DNA of 64,000 nt from Acidobacteriota bacterium (lineage in GTDB: Bacteria; Acidobacteriota; CAIWXX01). A program made the position numbers and the translations under genes. Every line of letters starts with the position of its first letter. The first letter of the stretch is position 1. The notes below the pieces were generated by a model. The model worked only from the letters and a program-made list of their open reading frames with translations. It made no database searches and was not told where the DNA came from. Below, one piece after another: positions 18,743-28,157 of the stretch. The stretch covers positions 224,001 to 288,000 of the forward strand of contig JBFMAF010000036.1 of assembly GCA_040755995.1 (NCBI GenBank), given 5' to 3'.

Positions 18743-21700
18743 CAGTCTTGGATCTCGTTTCCCGTCTCCGCGACCAGGACGTCAGGCTCTGGGTAGACGG
18801 CGAGCAGCTTCGATTCAGCGCACCGAAGAACGCACTCTCGCCGGAGCTTCGGGCGGAGCTGGTGGAGCACAAGAGTGAGGTCCTGCAGCTCCTGCGGGAG
18901 GCCGAGGACCGGGAGCGGGAATCGAGCTCACCACTGACGCGGACGAGCCGCGATAGAAGGATACCGCTCTCCCACGCCCAGCAGCGCCTCTGGTTTCTCG
19001 AGCAGCTGGCGCCCGGGACCTCCACGTACAACATGCCGTGCTCCGTGTGGATACAAGGGGAATTGAATCAGCGCACCCTGGAACAGGCTCTCAATGAGAT
19101 CGTCCGGCGGCACGAAGCTCTTCGCACGGTCTTCCCCGAGTCCGAAGGGGCACCGCATCAACAGGTCCTGGACTTCGTCCCTGCGTCCTTGGCAGTGCGA
19201 GATCTCGGTGAGCTGCCGGAAGCCGAGCGGGAGCGGGAGGCGAAGCGGCTGGCCAGCGAGGAGGCCGATCGCCCATTTGACCTCGTGCGCGGACCGCTGC
19301 TCAGGTTCTTCCTGATCCGGCTGCGCTCCACCGATCACATCCTCGTCATGCTGATGCATCACATCGTGTCCGACGGCTGGTCGATCGGCGTGATTCTGCG
19401 CGAGCTCGCCACGATCTACGAGGCCATTCTCGCCGGAGGCCCGTCGCCGCTTCCCGAGCTCGCCGTGCAGTACGCCGATTATGCGTGCTGGCAGCGCAGG
19501 TGGCTCCAGGACGACGTCCTTCGCAGCCAGCTCGCCTACTGGAGACGACAGCTCGAGGGGCCGCTGCCCGTTCTGACGCTGCCGATCGACCATCCGCGCC
19601 CAGCCGTTCAGACGCACAGAGGAGCTGTGCGGTCGATGGCGATCCCAAGAGAGCTCTCCGAGGCTCTGAAGGCCCTGTGTTCGAGCGAAGGCGTGACACT
19701 CAACATGCTGCTGCTGGCTGCCTTCAAAGTCCTGCTGCATCGATACACCGCCCAGGAGGATCTGGTCGTGGGATCGCCGGTTGCCGGCCGGGATCGGAGG
19801 GAGATCGAGGAGCTCGTCGGATTCTTCGTCAAGATGCTGGTGCTGCGCACGGACCTCTCGGGCAACCCACCATTCAAGGTCTTGCTGCAGCGTGTCAAGG
19901 ATGTCACGCTCGGAGCGCTCGCTCACCAGGATGTGCCCTTCGAGATGCTGGTGGATGCGCTGCAGCCCGAGCGCCAACAGAGCTACTCGCCGCTCTTCCA
20001 GGTGGCCTTCGCCTACCAGGCATCCTTGTTCTCATCGTCTCAGGCGCGAGGGGGATTGATCTTCACCCCCGCAGCAATCGAGCGCAGGACGGCGAAGTTC
20101 GATCTGATGCTGGTCATGTCCGAATCGAACACAAGTCTTGAAGCTGAGATTGAATACAACACGGATCTATTCGACGAGGCGACCATCGATCGGATGCTCG
20201 GGCATTTCGAAACGGTCCTCGGGGCTATCGCAAGTGATCCCGACTGCCGGATCTCTGATGTCCCCATTCTGAAGGCCGAAGAGCGGCATCGGCTCGTCGT
20301 CGAGTGGAACCAGACCGGTACGCCATATCCGCGCGGTGCCTGCATCCAGGAGCTTTTCGAAGCGCAGGTCGAACGCACGCCCGAATCGGTGGCGGTCAGG
20401 TATGAGGATGCCCACCTGACCTACCGGGAGCTCAATCGGCGGGCGAACCAGGTGGCTCACCGCTTGCGGAAGCTCGGTGTGAGAACGGATTCTCCTGTCG
20501 GCCTGTACATGGACCGCTCGCCTGAAATGATCGTCGCGATCCTCGGGATTCTGAAAGCCGGAGGAGCCTACGTACCGCTGGACCCGACCTATCCGCCCGA
20601 GCGTCTCGGCTTCATGATCCGAGACGCGGCGGCTCCTGTGCTGATCGTTCAAAAGAGGCTCCTTGGGAGGCTCCCGCCGAATGATGCCTGCGTGCTCTGC
20701 ATCGACTCACAGTGGGAATCCATTGGTAGTGAGAGCACGACGAACCCGGGCTGTGCGGCCAGTCCCGACAGTCTCGCCTACGTGATCTATACGTCGGGAT
20801 CGACGGGGGTGCCGAAGGGCGTCGCCGTTCCGCATCGGGCTGTCATCCGCCTGGTCTGCGACACCGACTTCGTCCAGCTGGGACCTTCCGATCGTGTCGC
20901 GCAGGTCTCGAACAGCTCCTTCGACGCAGCGACCTTCGAAATCTGGGGTGCGCTTCTCAACGGCGGCCAGCTGATCGGGATCACCAAGGACCTCGCCATC
21001 TCACCCCAGGATTTCGCGCGAAGCCTCATCGACGAACGGATCAGCGCGATCTTCCTGACCGTCGCGCTCTTCAACCTGGTCGCCCGCGAGGCGCCGCACG
21101 CCTTCGGCGCCGTGCGCCATTTCATGTTCGGTGGAGAAGCGGCTGATCCTGCGTGGGTCAGAGAAGTCCTGCGGAAGCAGCCGCCGGAGCGGCTCATCAA
21201 CGGCTACGGACCCACCGAGAACACGACCTTCACCGCCTGCCACGTCGTGACGGATCTGCCCGACACGGCCACGTCTGTCCCGATAGGCCGCCCGATTGCC
21301 AACACGACGATCTACATCCTCGACCGGCGCTTGAACCCTGTCCCCGTCGGAGCTCCCGGCGAGCTCTATACGGGCGGAGACGGACTCGCCCGCTGTTACT
21401 TGAGCCGGCCTGAGCTCACGGCTGAACGATTCATCCCTGATCCGTTCTGTCTCGATCCAGGACGACGGCTCTATCGAACCGGGGATCTTGCCCGCCATCG
21501 GCCCGATGGCGTCATCGAGTTCCTCGGGCGCGTCGATCACCAGGTCAAGATCCGCGGCTTCCGCATCGAGCTGGGCGAGATCGAGGCCTGCCTGGCCGAG
21601 CATCCCGATGTGCAAGATTGTGTGGTGCTCGCCCGGGAAGACGATCCCGGCGAAAAGCGTCTGGTCGCCTACCTTGTCCCTCGTGAGGGGCACAGGCGGC

Positions 21701-24700
21701 CCTCGGGAGACGTGCGCGCGTGGCTGCGGGCGAAGCTGCCCGAGTACATGGTGCCGGCGGCTTTCGTCATGCTGGATTCGCTCCCCCTCACGCCCAACGG
21801 CAAGGTTGACCGCGACGCCCTTCCCGCTCCGGAGGGAGACGCGGCTGATGCCGGTCGTGCCTTCGCCGGACCGCGGACGCCGGTGGAAGAGGTCGTGGCG
21901 GGGATCTGGGCGGATGTGTTGAAGCTCGACCGAATCGGAATTCACGACAGCTTCTTCGACCTGGGCGGCCATTCGCTGCTGGCGACCCAGGTGATCTCCC
22001 GGGTGAGGCAGGCATTGCGAGTGGATCTTCCGCTGCGCAGGCTCTTCGACACGCCCACGGTCTCGGGACTGGCCGATGCGCTAGAACGGGCCTTGCGTTC
22101 GGGCGATGAATCGGAGGCCCCGCCGATCGTGCCCGCGTCGAGGGAGGCGGATCTGCCACTCTCTTTCGCGCAACAGCGTCTGTGGTTCCTGGATCAGTGG
22201 GAGTCGGAGAGCCCCTTCTACAGTATCCCTCTGGCGTTGCGTCTCACGGGAGCGCTCGATATCGACGTGATGGTTCGCTGCCTGAACGAGATCGTCGGAC
22301 GTCATGAGTCCTTGCGGACGACCTTCAGAGTAGTCGGCGATGTGCCGCGCCAGGTGATCGCTCCACCCACTCCCATTCCCCTGCCGCTCGTGGACCTCCG
22401 GCATCTGCCGCCGCCCCGGCGAGAGGCCGAGATGCTGCGCCTCGCCTCCGCGGAGTCCCACAAGGCGTTCGACCTTGGTCGAGGCCCGCTCATCCGATCT
22501 CGCCTCCTTCGTCTGCGAGACGAAGAGCATGTGCTGCTACTCACGATTCATCACATCGTAGCGGATGGGTGGTCTCTGGGAGTGCTGTTTCGCGAGCTGG
22601 ATGCGCTCTACGATGCCTTCCGGCGTGGCGATCCATCTCCACTGCCGCCGCTGGCAATCCAGTACGCCGACTTCGCCAACTGGCAGCGGGAGTGGTTGAG
22701 CGGCGATGTTCTCGAACGGCACATCGCCTACTGGAGAGAGAAGCTGGGCGAAGACGTTCCATCCCTGGCCCTCCCGACTGACAGGCCCAGACCGCCGGTT
22801 CAGTCATTCCGCGGCGCCAATTGCAGCTTCGCGCTCCAGGAGGACCTCTGCCGCGCCCTGCGGACCTTGTGTCAACGCGAGGGTGTGACGCTCTTCATGG
22901 CGCTGCTGGGCGCCTTCCAGACTCTGCTGCACCGATACTCGGGGCAGGATGTCATCGTCGTCGGATCGCCGATATCCAACCGCACACGAGTCGAGACCGA
23001 GCCCTTGATCGGGTTTTTCGCAAACACACTGGCCCTCCGGACGGACATGGATCGGGATCCGAGTTTCCGAGAGCTGCTGGGAAGGGTCCGAGAGATCGCT
23101 CTCGGGGCCTATGCCCACCAGGATCTGCCCTTCGAGAAGCTGGTGGAGGAGCTCCATCCTGATCGTGACATGAGCCACACGCCGCTGTTCCAGGTCATGT
23201 TCGTCTTGCAGAACGCCACGCAAGTTCCACGGGAGCTCTCGGGGCTGGCCCTGGAGCTCCTCGACGTCGACACCGGCACGGCCAAGTTCGATCTGACACT
23301 GTCGATGGCGGAGAACGAGCGGGTGATCGATGCCAACTTCGAGTACAACACGGACCTTTTCGAACACGCCACGATCGAGCGGATGGCGGACAACTTCCGA
23401 GTGCTGCTTAGCGGGATCGTGGCCGACCCGTCTGCGGCGATCTCCGAGCTCCCGCTTCTGACCGAGGCGGAGCGGCATCGGATTCTGTCCGCATGGAACG
23501 ACAGCCGGAGCGAGTATCCCGGCGAGCAGTGCATTCATGAATTCTTCGAGGCTCAGGCCGAACGCACGCCGGAAGCCTCGGCGGTGGTCTTCCAGGGTCG
23601 AGAGCTGACCTATCGCGAATTGAATGCGCGGGCGAACCAACTGGCGCATCACTTGCGAAGAAACGGTGTCGGGCCCGACGTGCTCGTGGGGATCTGCATC
23701 GACCGGTCCCTCGAAATGGCCATCGGACTGCTCGGCGTTCTGAAGGCAGGTGGCGCGTACGTCCCGCTCGATCCGGCCTACCCCAAAGAGCGACTGGCCT
23801 TTATGCTGGCCGACGCCCGTGTCTCAGTGCTTCTGACCCGGGAGAGCCTCCGCGGGGAGCTGCCTGCGAGTGGAGCGAGAATCATCTGCCTCGACAACGG
23901 ATGGGAGGCCGTCGCGGCGGAATCGCCCGCAAACCTTGAGTCGGGTGCGACGGCCGACAACCTGTCCTACGTGATCTACACGTCGGGATCCACCGGGCAG
24001 CCCAAGGGCGTGGTGCTGACACACCGGACGCTGACGAACCTCGTTACATGGCAGCTGCAGGACTTCTTCGCCGCGCCGAATGCCCGGACTCTGCAGTTCG
24101 CACCACCCAGCTTCGATGTCTCATGCCAGGAGATCTTCTCCACCTGGAGCGCCGGGGGCACCCTGGTGCTCATACCGGAAGAGACCAGGCGCGACGGATG
24201 GGCTCTCCTTCGTTTTCTCAACAGCGAGAGGATCGAGCGGTTGTTCGTGCCGTTTGTGGCTCTTCAACAAGTCGCCGAGATGGTGGGCGCGGGCGGCCCG
24301 CTGCCCGCGCATCTGGGTGAAGTCATCACGGCGGGCGAACAGCTTCTCACGACTACTGCGATCACAAAGCTCTTCGGCAGATTGAGCGATTGCGCCCTCG
24401 CGAACCAGTACGGTCCGTCCGAAGCGCACGTGGTGACCGCTTACGCTCTCTCCGGCGCGCCCTCCGGCTGGCCGAAGCTGCCGCCCATCGGCCGCCCCAT
24501 CGCCAACACTGGAATCTACATCCTGGATCGGAGGCTGCAACCTGTGCCGATCGGCGTCGCGGGCGAGTTGTACATCGGTGGAGACGGTCTGGCCCGAGGC
24601 TACCTGAACAGGCCCGAGGCCACGGCGGAACGGTTCATCCCGCATCCTTTCAGCGCGGAGCCTGGAGCGCGCCTGTATAGAACCGGGGATCTCGCGCGAC

Positions 24701-27111
24701 ACCTGCCGGACGGAGCGATCGAGTTCCTCGGGCGAATCGACCAGCAGGTGAAGGTGCGAGGGTTCCGGATCGAGCTTGGCGAGATCGAAATCGTTCTGGA
24801 ACGGCATGCCGGCGTGCGCCAGGCGGTCGTGGTGCTGCGCGAAGATGCCGATAGCCCGAAGCGCCTCGTGGGCTACATCGTCCCCGAGGATGAGACGCAT
24901 CTCGAAGTCGATGAGCTTCGAGGCTACCTGAAGGAGAAGCTCCCCGAATACATGGTCCCGGCGGCGCTGATCGTGCTGAAGTCGGTGCCGCTGACACCGA
25001 GCGGCAAGGTCGACAGGCGGCGGCTGCCGGCGCCGGACTGGATGGACGTGGAGCGCGGACGTGAGTATGTGGCGCCACGCACCCCCGTCGAGGAAGTGCT
25101 CGCCGGCACGTGGGCGAACGTCCTGGGCGCCGGGAAGGTCAGTGTCAACGACAACTTCTTCGACCTCGGAGGGCATTCACTGCTGGCGACTCAGATCATA
25201 TCCCGCGTTCGAACGACGTTCGGTGTCGAGATTCCGCTGCGCAGGATCTTCGAGAGTCCGACCGTGACAGGACTGGCGGAATCGATCGAAACCGAGATGC
25301 GATCCGGGAAGAGCCTCAGGACCCCGCCTCTCCGTCGAGCCCCCAGAGACGACGGGGCGACGCTGCCGCTCTCGTTCGCCCAACAGAGGCTCTGGTTCCT
25401 GAACCAGCTGGAGCCTGACTCGGCGAGCTACAACATTCCGACCCCGATGCGCCTGCGAGGCCCCTTGAACGTCAAGGCACTTAGCCGGGCGCTCGACGAA
25501 ATCGTTCGGCGGCACGAGTCGCTGAGGACGCACTTCGAAATCCGGGCCGGAGAGCCCGTGCAGATCGTCGACCCCCCTTCGGCCGTGCCGCTGCCCCTGC
25601 TGGATCTCAGCGATGTCGAAAAAGACGATCGGCACGCCGAGGCCGCGCGCGCGGCTCGAGACCACGCGCAACTTCCCTTCAAGCTCGCCAGCGGCCCTCT
25701 CTTCCGCGCAGCACTGCTCCGGCTTGCCGAAGATGACCACGTCCTCCTCCTGACAATGCACCACATCGTGTCAGACGCGTGGTCTCTCGGAGTGCTCACC
25801 CAGGAGATTGCGACGCTCTATGATGCGTACTCGGACGACCTTCCATCGCCTCTTCCGGATCTGCCTGTTCAATACGGGGACTACGCCGTGTGGCTTCGGG
25901 AATGGCTGAAGGGGGAGACGCTCGACGAGGAGATGTCTTACTGGAAGACGCAGCTCGGGGGCTCACTGCCGGTTCTCGATCTGCCCACCGATCACCCGCG
26001 CCCGAGGCTCCAGACCTTCCGCGGGCGAGTCCAGTCGCGCGTCCTCGCAGATGGCTTCGCCCAGCGGCTGGATGCCCTCTGCCGGCGCGAGGCAGTCACG
26101 CCGTTCATGTTCCTGCTGGCCGCATTCAAGACGCTCTTGCTCCGATACACGGGCACAGAAGACATCATCATCGGCTCGCCCATAGCCAACCGCAGCCGTG
26201 AAGAGATCGAAGGCTTGATCGGCTTCTTCGTCAACACCCTGGTTCTGCGGACTGATCTCTCAGGCGACCCGACCTTCGAAGAGCTTCTACGCCGAGTGCG
26301 CGATGCGACGCTGGGAGCCTACGCTCATCAGGATGTTCCGTTCGAAAAGCTCGTGGAGACACTGCAGCCGGAGAGAGATCCCGGCCGCAACCCGATCTTC
26401 CAGGTCATGTTCGCCCTGCAGAACGCTCCCGAGGGCAGGACGGCCATGAAGGGGATTTCGATCGAGCCCTTCGAGTGTGACTCCACGGTCGCTCACTTCG
26501 ATCTCAGCCTTGTCATCTCCCGAGTGGAGGGCGACTACGTCGCCTGGCTGGAATACAACACGGACCTGTTCGACGACGAGACGATGGCGCGAGTGCTGAG
26601 CCACTACGAGTGCCTGGTGAACAGTGTGACCCGTGATCCCGGCCAGCGCCTGTTCGACGTGGCACTGTGGCCCGGGCCGAAAGAGGAGGCGATAGCGGAG
26701 CTGGTGGCGACGATCGAGGAGTCGATCAGGAGGCAGCCTGGCGTGAAAGAGTGCATCGTGTTGCATAGAGAGTCCCCGCGGGTGGCCCCACGTTTCGCCG
26801 CCTTCGTCGCGTGCGAGGGAACGTGCCGTTCCACGCAGACGGGCTTCGACGGCCTGTCGATCACCATGATGGACCGGCTGCCTCGATCGGAAGACGGCCG
26901 AGTCGATCGACCCCGGCTGCTACGAATGGCGGATTCAGGTAAGACTGTCCCGCCATCGATGTCACGTGGCGGGAGCGAGGCCGACGGCTGGCAGCAGCAA
27001 GCGCCGGGTGAGGACGTGCGAAATCGGAAGAAGGAGCTGGCGGCGAGGCGCGCCAGGCTGTCGGCGGCGAAGGGCGCGATGTTGGAGAAGCGATTGCGAG
27101 GTGAGGTGTGA
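18739..27111 (+). CDS. NRPS3: TubC-type N-terminal docking domain-C-A(Val/Ile)-T-C-A(Pro/Pip)-T-C-degenerate A subdomain-docking helix
   Basis: GTG start overlaps the NRPS2 stop (GTGA) after GAGGAG. N-terminus VLDLVSRLRDQDVRLWVDGEQLRFSAPKNALSPELRAEL. Codes DAFFMGGTFK and DVQFIAQVVK. Three C motifs and two T motifs. Confidence 0.96.
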   Translation: MTVLDLVSRLRDQDVRLWVDGEQLRFSAPKNALSPELRAELVEHKSEVLQLLREAEDRERESSSPLTRTSRDRRIPLSHAQQRLWFLEQLAPGTSTYNMPCSVWIQGELNQRTLEQALNEIVRRHEALRTVFPESEGAPHQQVLDFVPASLAVRDLGELPEAEREREAKRLASEEADRPFDLVRGPLLRFFLIRLRSTDHILVMLMHHIVSDGWSIGVILRELATIYEAILAGGPSPLPELAVQYADYACWQRRWLQDDVLRSQLAYWRRQLEGPLPVLTLPIDHPRPAVQTHRGAVRSMAIPRELSEALKALCSSEGVTLNMLLLAAFKVLLHRYTAQEDLVVGSPVAGRDRREIEELVGFFVKMLVLRTDLSGNPPFKVLLQRVKDVTLGALAHQDVPFEMLVDALQPERQQSYSPLFQVAFAYQASLFSSSQARGGLIFTPAAIERRTAKFDLMLVMSESNTSLEAEIEYNTDLFDEATIDRMLGHFETVLGAIASDPDCRISDVPILKAEERHRLVVEWNQTGTPYPRGACIQELFEAQVERTPESVAVRYEDAHLTYRELNRRANQVAHRLRKLGVRTDSPVGLYMDRSPEMIVAILGILKAGGAYVPLDPTYPPERLGFMIRDAAAPVLIVQKRLLGRLPPNDACVLCIDSQWESIGSESTTNPGCAASPDSLAYVIYTSGSTGVPKGVAVPHRAVIRLVCDTDFVQLGPSDRVAQVSNSSFDAATFEIWGALLNGGQLIGITKDLAISPQDFARSLIDERISAIFLTVALFNLVAREAPHAFGAVRHFMFGGEAADPAWVREVLRKQPPERLINGYGPTENTTFTACHVVTDLPDTATSVPIGRPIANTTIYILDRRLNPVPVGAPGELYTGGDGLARCYLSRPELTAERFIPDPFCLDPGRRLYRTGDLARHRPDGVIEFLGRVDHQVKIRGFRIELGEIEACLAEHPDVQDCVVLAREDDPGEKRLVAYLVPREGHRRPSGDVRAWLRAKLPEYMVPAAFVMLDSLPLTPNGKVDRDALPAPEGDAADAGRAFAGPRTPVEEVVAGIWADVLKLDRIGIHDSFFDLGGHSLLATQVISRVRQALRVDLPLRRLFDTPTVSGLADALERALRSGDESEAPPIVPASREADLPLSFAQQRLWFLDQWESESPFYSIPLALRLTGALDIDVMVRCLNEIVGRHESLRTTFRVVGDVPRQVIAPPTPIPLPLVDLRHLPPPRREAEMLRLASAESHKAFDLGRGPLIRSRLLRLRDEEHVLLLTIHHIVADGWSLGVLFRELDALYDAFRRGDPSPLPPLAIQYADFANWQREWLSGDVLERHIAYWREKLGEDVPSLALPTDRPRPPVQSFRGANCSFALQEDLCRALRTLCQREGVTLFMALLGAFQTLLHRYSGQDVIVVGSPISNRTRVETEPLIGFFANTLALRTDMDRDPSFRELLGRVREIALGAYAHQDLPFEKLVEELHPDRDMSHTPLFQVMFVLQNATQVPRELSGLALELLDVDTGTAKFDLTLSMAENERVIDANFEYNTDLFEHATIERMADNFRVLLSGIVADPSAAISELPLLTEAERHRILSAWNDSRSEYPGEQCIHEFFEAQAERTPEASAVVFQGRELTYRELNARANQLAHHLRRNGVGPDVLVGICIDRSLEMAIGLLGVLKAGGAYVPLDPAYPKERLAFMLADARVSVLLTRESLRGELPASGARIICLDNGWEAVAAESPANLESGATADNLSYVIYTSGSTGQPKGVVLTHRTLTNLVTWQLQDFFAAPNARTLQFAPPSFDVSCQEIFSTWSAGGTLVLIPEETRRDGWALLRFLNSERIERLFVPFVALQQVAEMVGAGGPLPAHLGEVITAGEQLLTTTAITKLFGRLSDCALANQYGPSEAHVVTAYALSGAPSGWPKLPPIGRPIANTGIYILDRRLQPVPIGVAGELYIGGDGLARGYLNRPEATAERFIPHPFSAEPGARLYRTGDLARHLPDGAIEFLGRIDQQVKVRGFRIELGEIEIVLERHAGVRQAVVVLREDADSPKRLVGYIVPEDETHLEVDELRGYLKEKLPEYMVPAALIVLKSVPLTPSGKVDRRRLPAPDWMDVERGREYVAPRTPVEEVLAGTWANVLGAGKVSVNDNFFDLGGHSLLATQIISRVRTTFGVEIPLRRIFESPTVTGLAESIETEMRSGKSLRTPPLRRAPRDDGATLPLSFAQQRLWFLNQLEPDSASYNIPTPMRLRGPLNVKALSRALDEIVRRHESLRTHFEIRAGEPVQIVDPPSAVPLPLLDLSDVEKDDRHAEAARAARDHAQLPFKLASGPLFRAALLRLAEDDHVLLLTMHHIVSDAWSLGVLTQEIATLYDAYSDDLPSPLPDLPVQYGDYAVWLREWLKGETLDEEMSYWKTQLGGSLPVLDLPTDHPRPRLQTFRGRVQSRVLADGFAQRLDALCRREAVTPFMFLLAAFKTLLLRYTGTEDIIIGSPIANRSREEIEGLIGFFVNTLVLRTDLSGDPTFEELLRRVRDATLGAYAHQDVPFEKLVETLQPERDPGRNPIFQVMFALQNAPEGRTAMKGISIEPFECDSTVAHFDLSLVISRVEGDYVAWLEYNTDLFDDETMARVLSHYECLVNSVTRDPGQRLFDVALWPGPKEEAIAELVATIEESIRRQPGVKECIVLHRESPRVAPRFAAFVACEGTCRSTQTGFDGLSITMMDRLPRSEDGRVDRPRLLRMADSGKTVPPSMSRGGSEADGWQQQAPGEDVRNRKKELAARRARLSAAKGAMLEKRLRGEV

Positions 27112-28157
27112 GCAAGCTGGATCCGGCAACCCGGCAGGCAGGCCTCCTGGCCCGGCGCGCCAGGTTGTCGCCCGACAAGCACCACCTCTTGCAGAGACGT
27201 CTCCGTGGTGAGCTGCCGCCGGCTCCGAGTGCGTCGCCGGCACCGCGGTCCTGTCTCGTCGACATCCAACCGAAGGGCGCGAAGCCGCCCTTCTTCTGCG
27301 TCCATCCGCTCGGCGGCGACGTGCTCTGCTTCTTTCCGTTGGCCCGCTGCATGGGCTCGGACCAGCCGTTCTATGGCTTTCAGTCCCATGGACTTCAGCA
27401 GGACCTTGATCCGCTGAAACGCATAGAAGAGATGGCTGCGCTCTATGTGGGCGAGATGAGGAAAGTTCAGCCAGATGGTCCCCATCTCATTGGCGGCTGG
27501 TCGTTTGGAGGGCTCGTTGCCTTCGAGATGGCGCAGCAGCTCCACGCGCAAGGCAGTCCAGCGTCCCTGCTCGCGATTCTCGACACGACGCCGGGAATGG
27601 AGCCTCAGCAGGCTGTCGAGATTAGGAGCGCGGATATCTACCGCGACAACCGGAGCTGGCTGCTGTCGATTGCACAATATGTCGAGGGGCTCTGGGGGCG
27701 CAGACTGGAGCTCTCGGCTAGCGCCCTCGAACGAATGGCTCCGGATGAGCAGTTGAGCTACTTCGTGGAACGTGTGAAAGGCGCCCGCCTTATGTCTTCC
27801 AACGTGACGCTTGATCAGCTTCGCCGCCTTCTCAACGTCTTCAAGTCCAACAGTCGCGCGTGGTGCGCGTATGTTCCTCGCCTCTACCCCGGCCGGATCA
27901 CCGTCATAAGGTCCGCACTCGGCGTCGTCCCGTTCGGCGACTCAGCCCAATCGGCGGATGTCGCTCGTGGCGCGTTTTCGGACGATCCCGCGCTGGGATG
28001 GGGGCAGTTCTCGTCGGTGCCCGTCGAGGTGCGGACTGTCCCGGGCAGCCACATAACCATGCTGGCCGAACCAAACGTCAACGTCCTGGCAACTCAGCTG
28101 CAGGCCTGTCTCGAAACGAGGCAGTCCGTCGCCTGCTGCAATTCGGAGGTATCGTGA
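27108..28157 (+). CDS. Stand-alone type I-like thioesterase with an N-terminal docking helix
   Basis: PFFCVHPLGG, GWSFGG nucleophile motif, VPGSHITML His motif. GTGA coupling to NRPS3. Confidence 0.93.
   Translation: MSKLDPATRQAGLLARRARLSPDKHHLLQRRLRGELPPAPSASPAPRSCLVDIQPKGAKPPFFCVHPLGGDVLCFFPLARCMGSDQPFYGFQSHGLQQDLDPLKRIEEMAALYVGEMRKVQPDGPHLIGGWSFGGLVAFEMAQQLHAQGSPASLLAILDTTPGMEPQQAVEIRSADIYRDNRSWLLSIAQYVEGLWGRRLELSASALERMAPDEQLSYFVERVKGARLMSSNVTLDQLRRLLNVFKSNSRAWCAYVPRLYPGRITVIRSALGVVPFGDSAQSADVARGAFSDDPALGWGQFSSVPVEVRTVPGSHITMLAEPNVNVLATQLQACLETRQSVACCNSEVS

Noticed and set aside
5400..25030. Resemblance of the predicted Gly-Gly-Lys and Ala-Val-Pro segments to the ubiquitin isopeptide and Smac AVPI motifs
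   Set aside because: Short motifs from uncertain predictions, with different linkage chemistry; nothing in the sequence supports mimicry.
25..27677. Many long antisense and alternate-frame ORFs over the NRPS genes (for example 5969-7651 and 16241-17464)
   Set aside because: They are shadow ORFs expected from high-GC codon bias and have no recognisable motifs.
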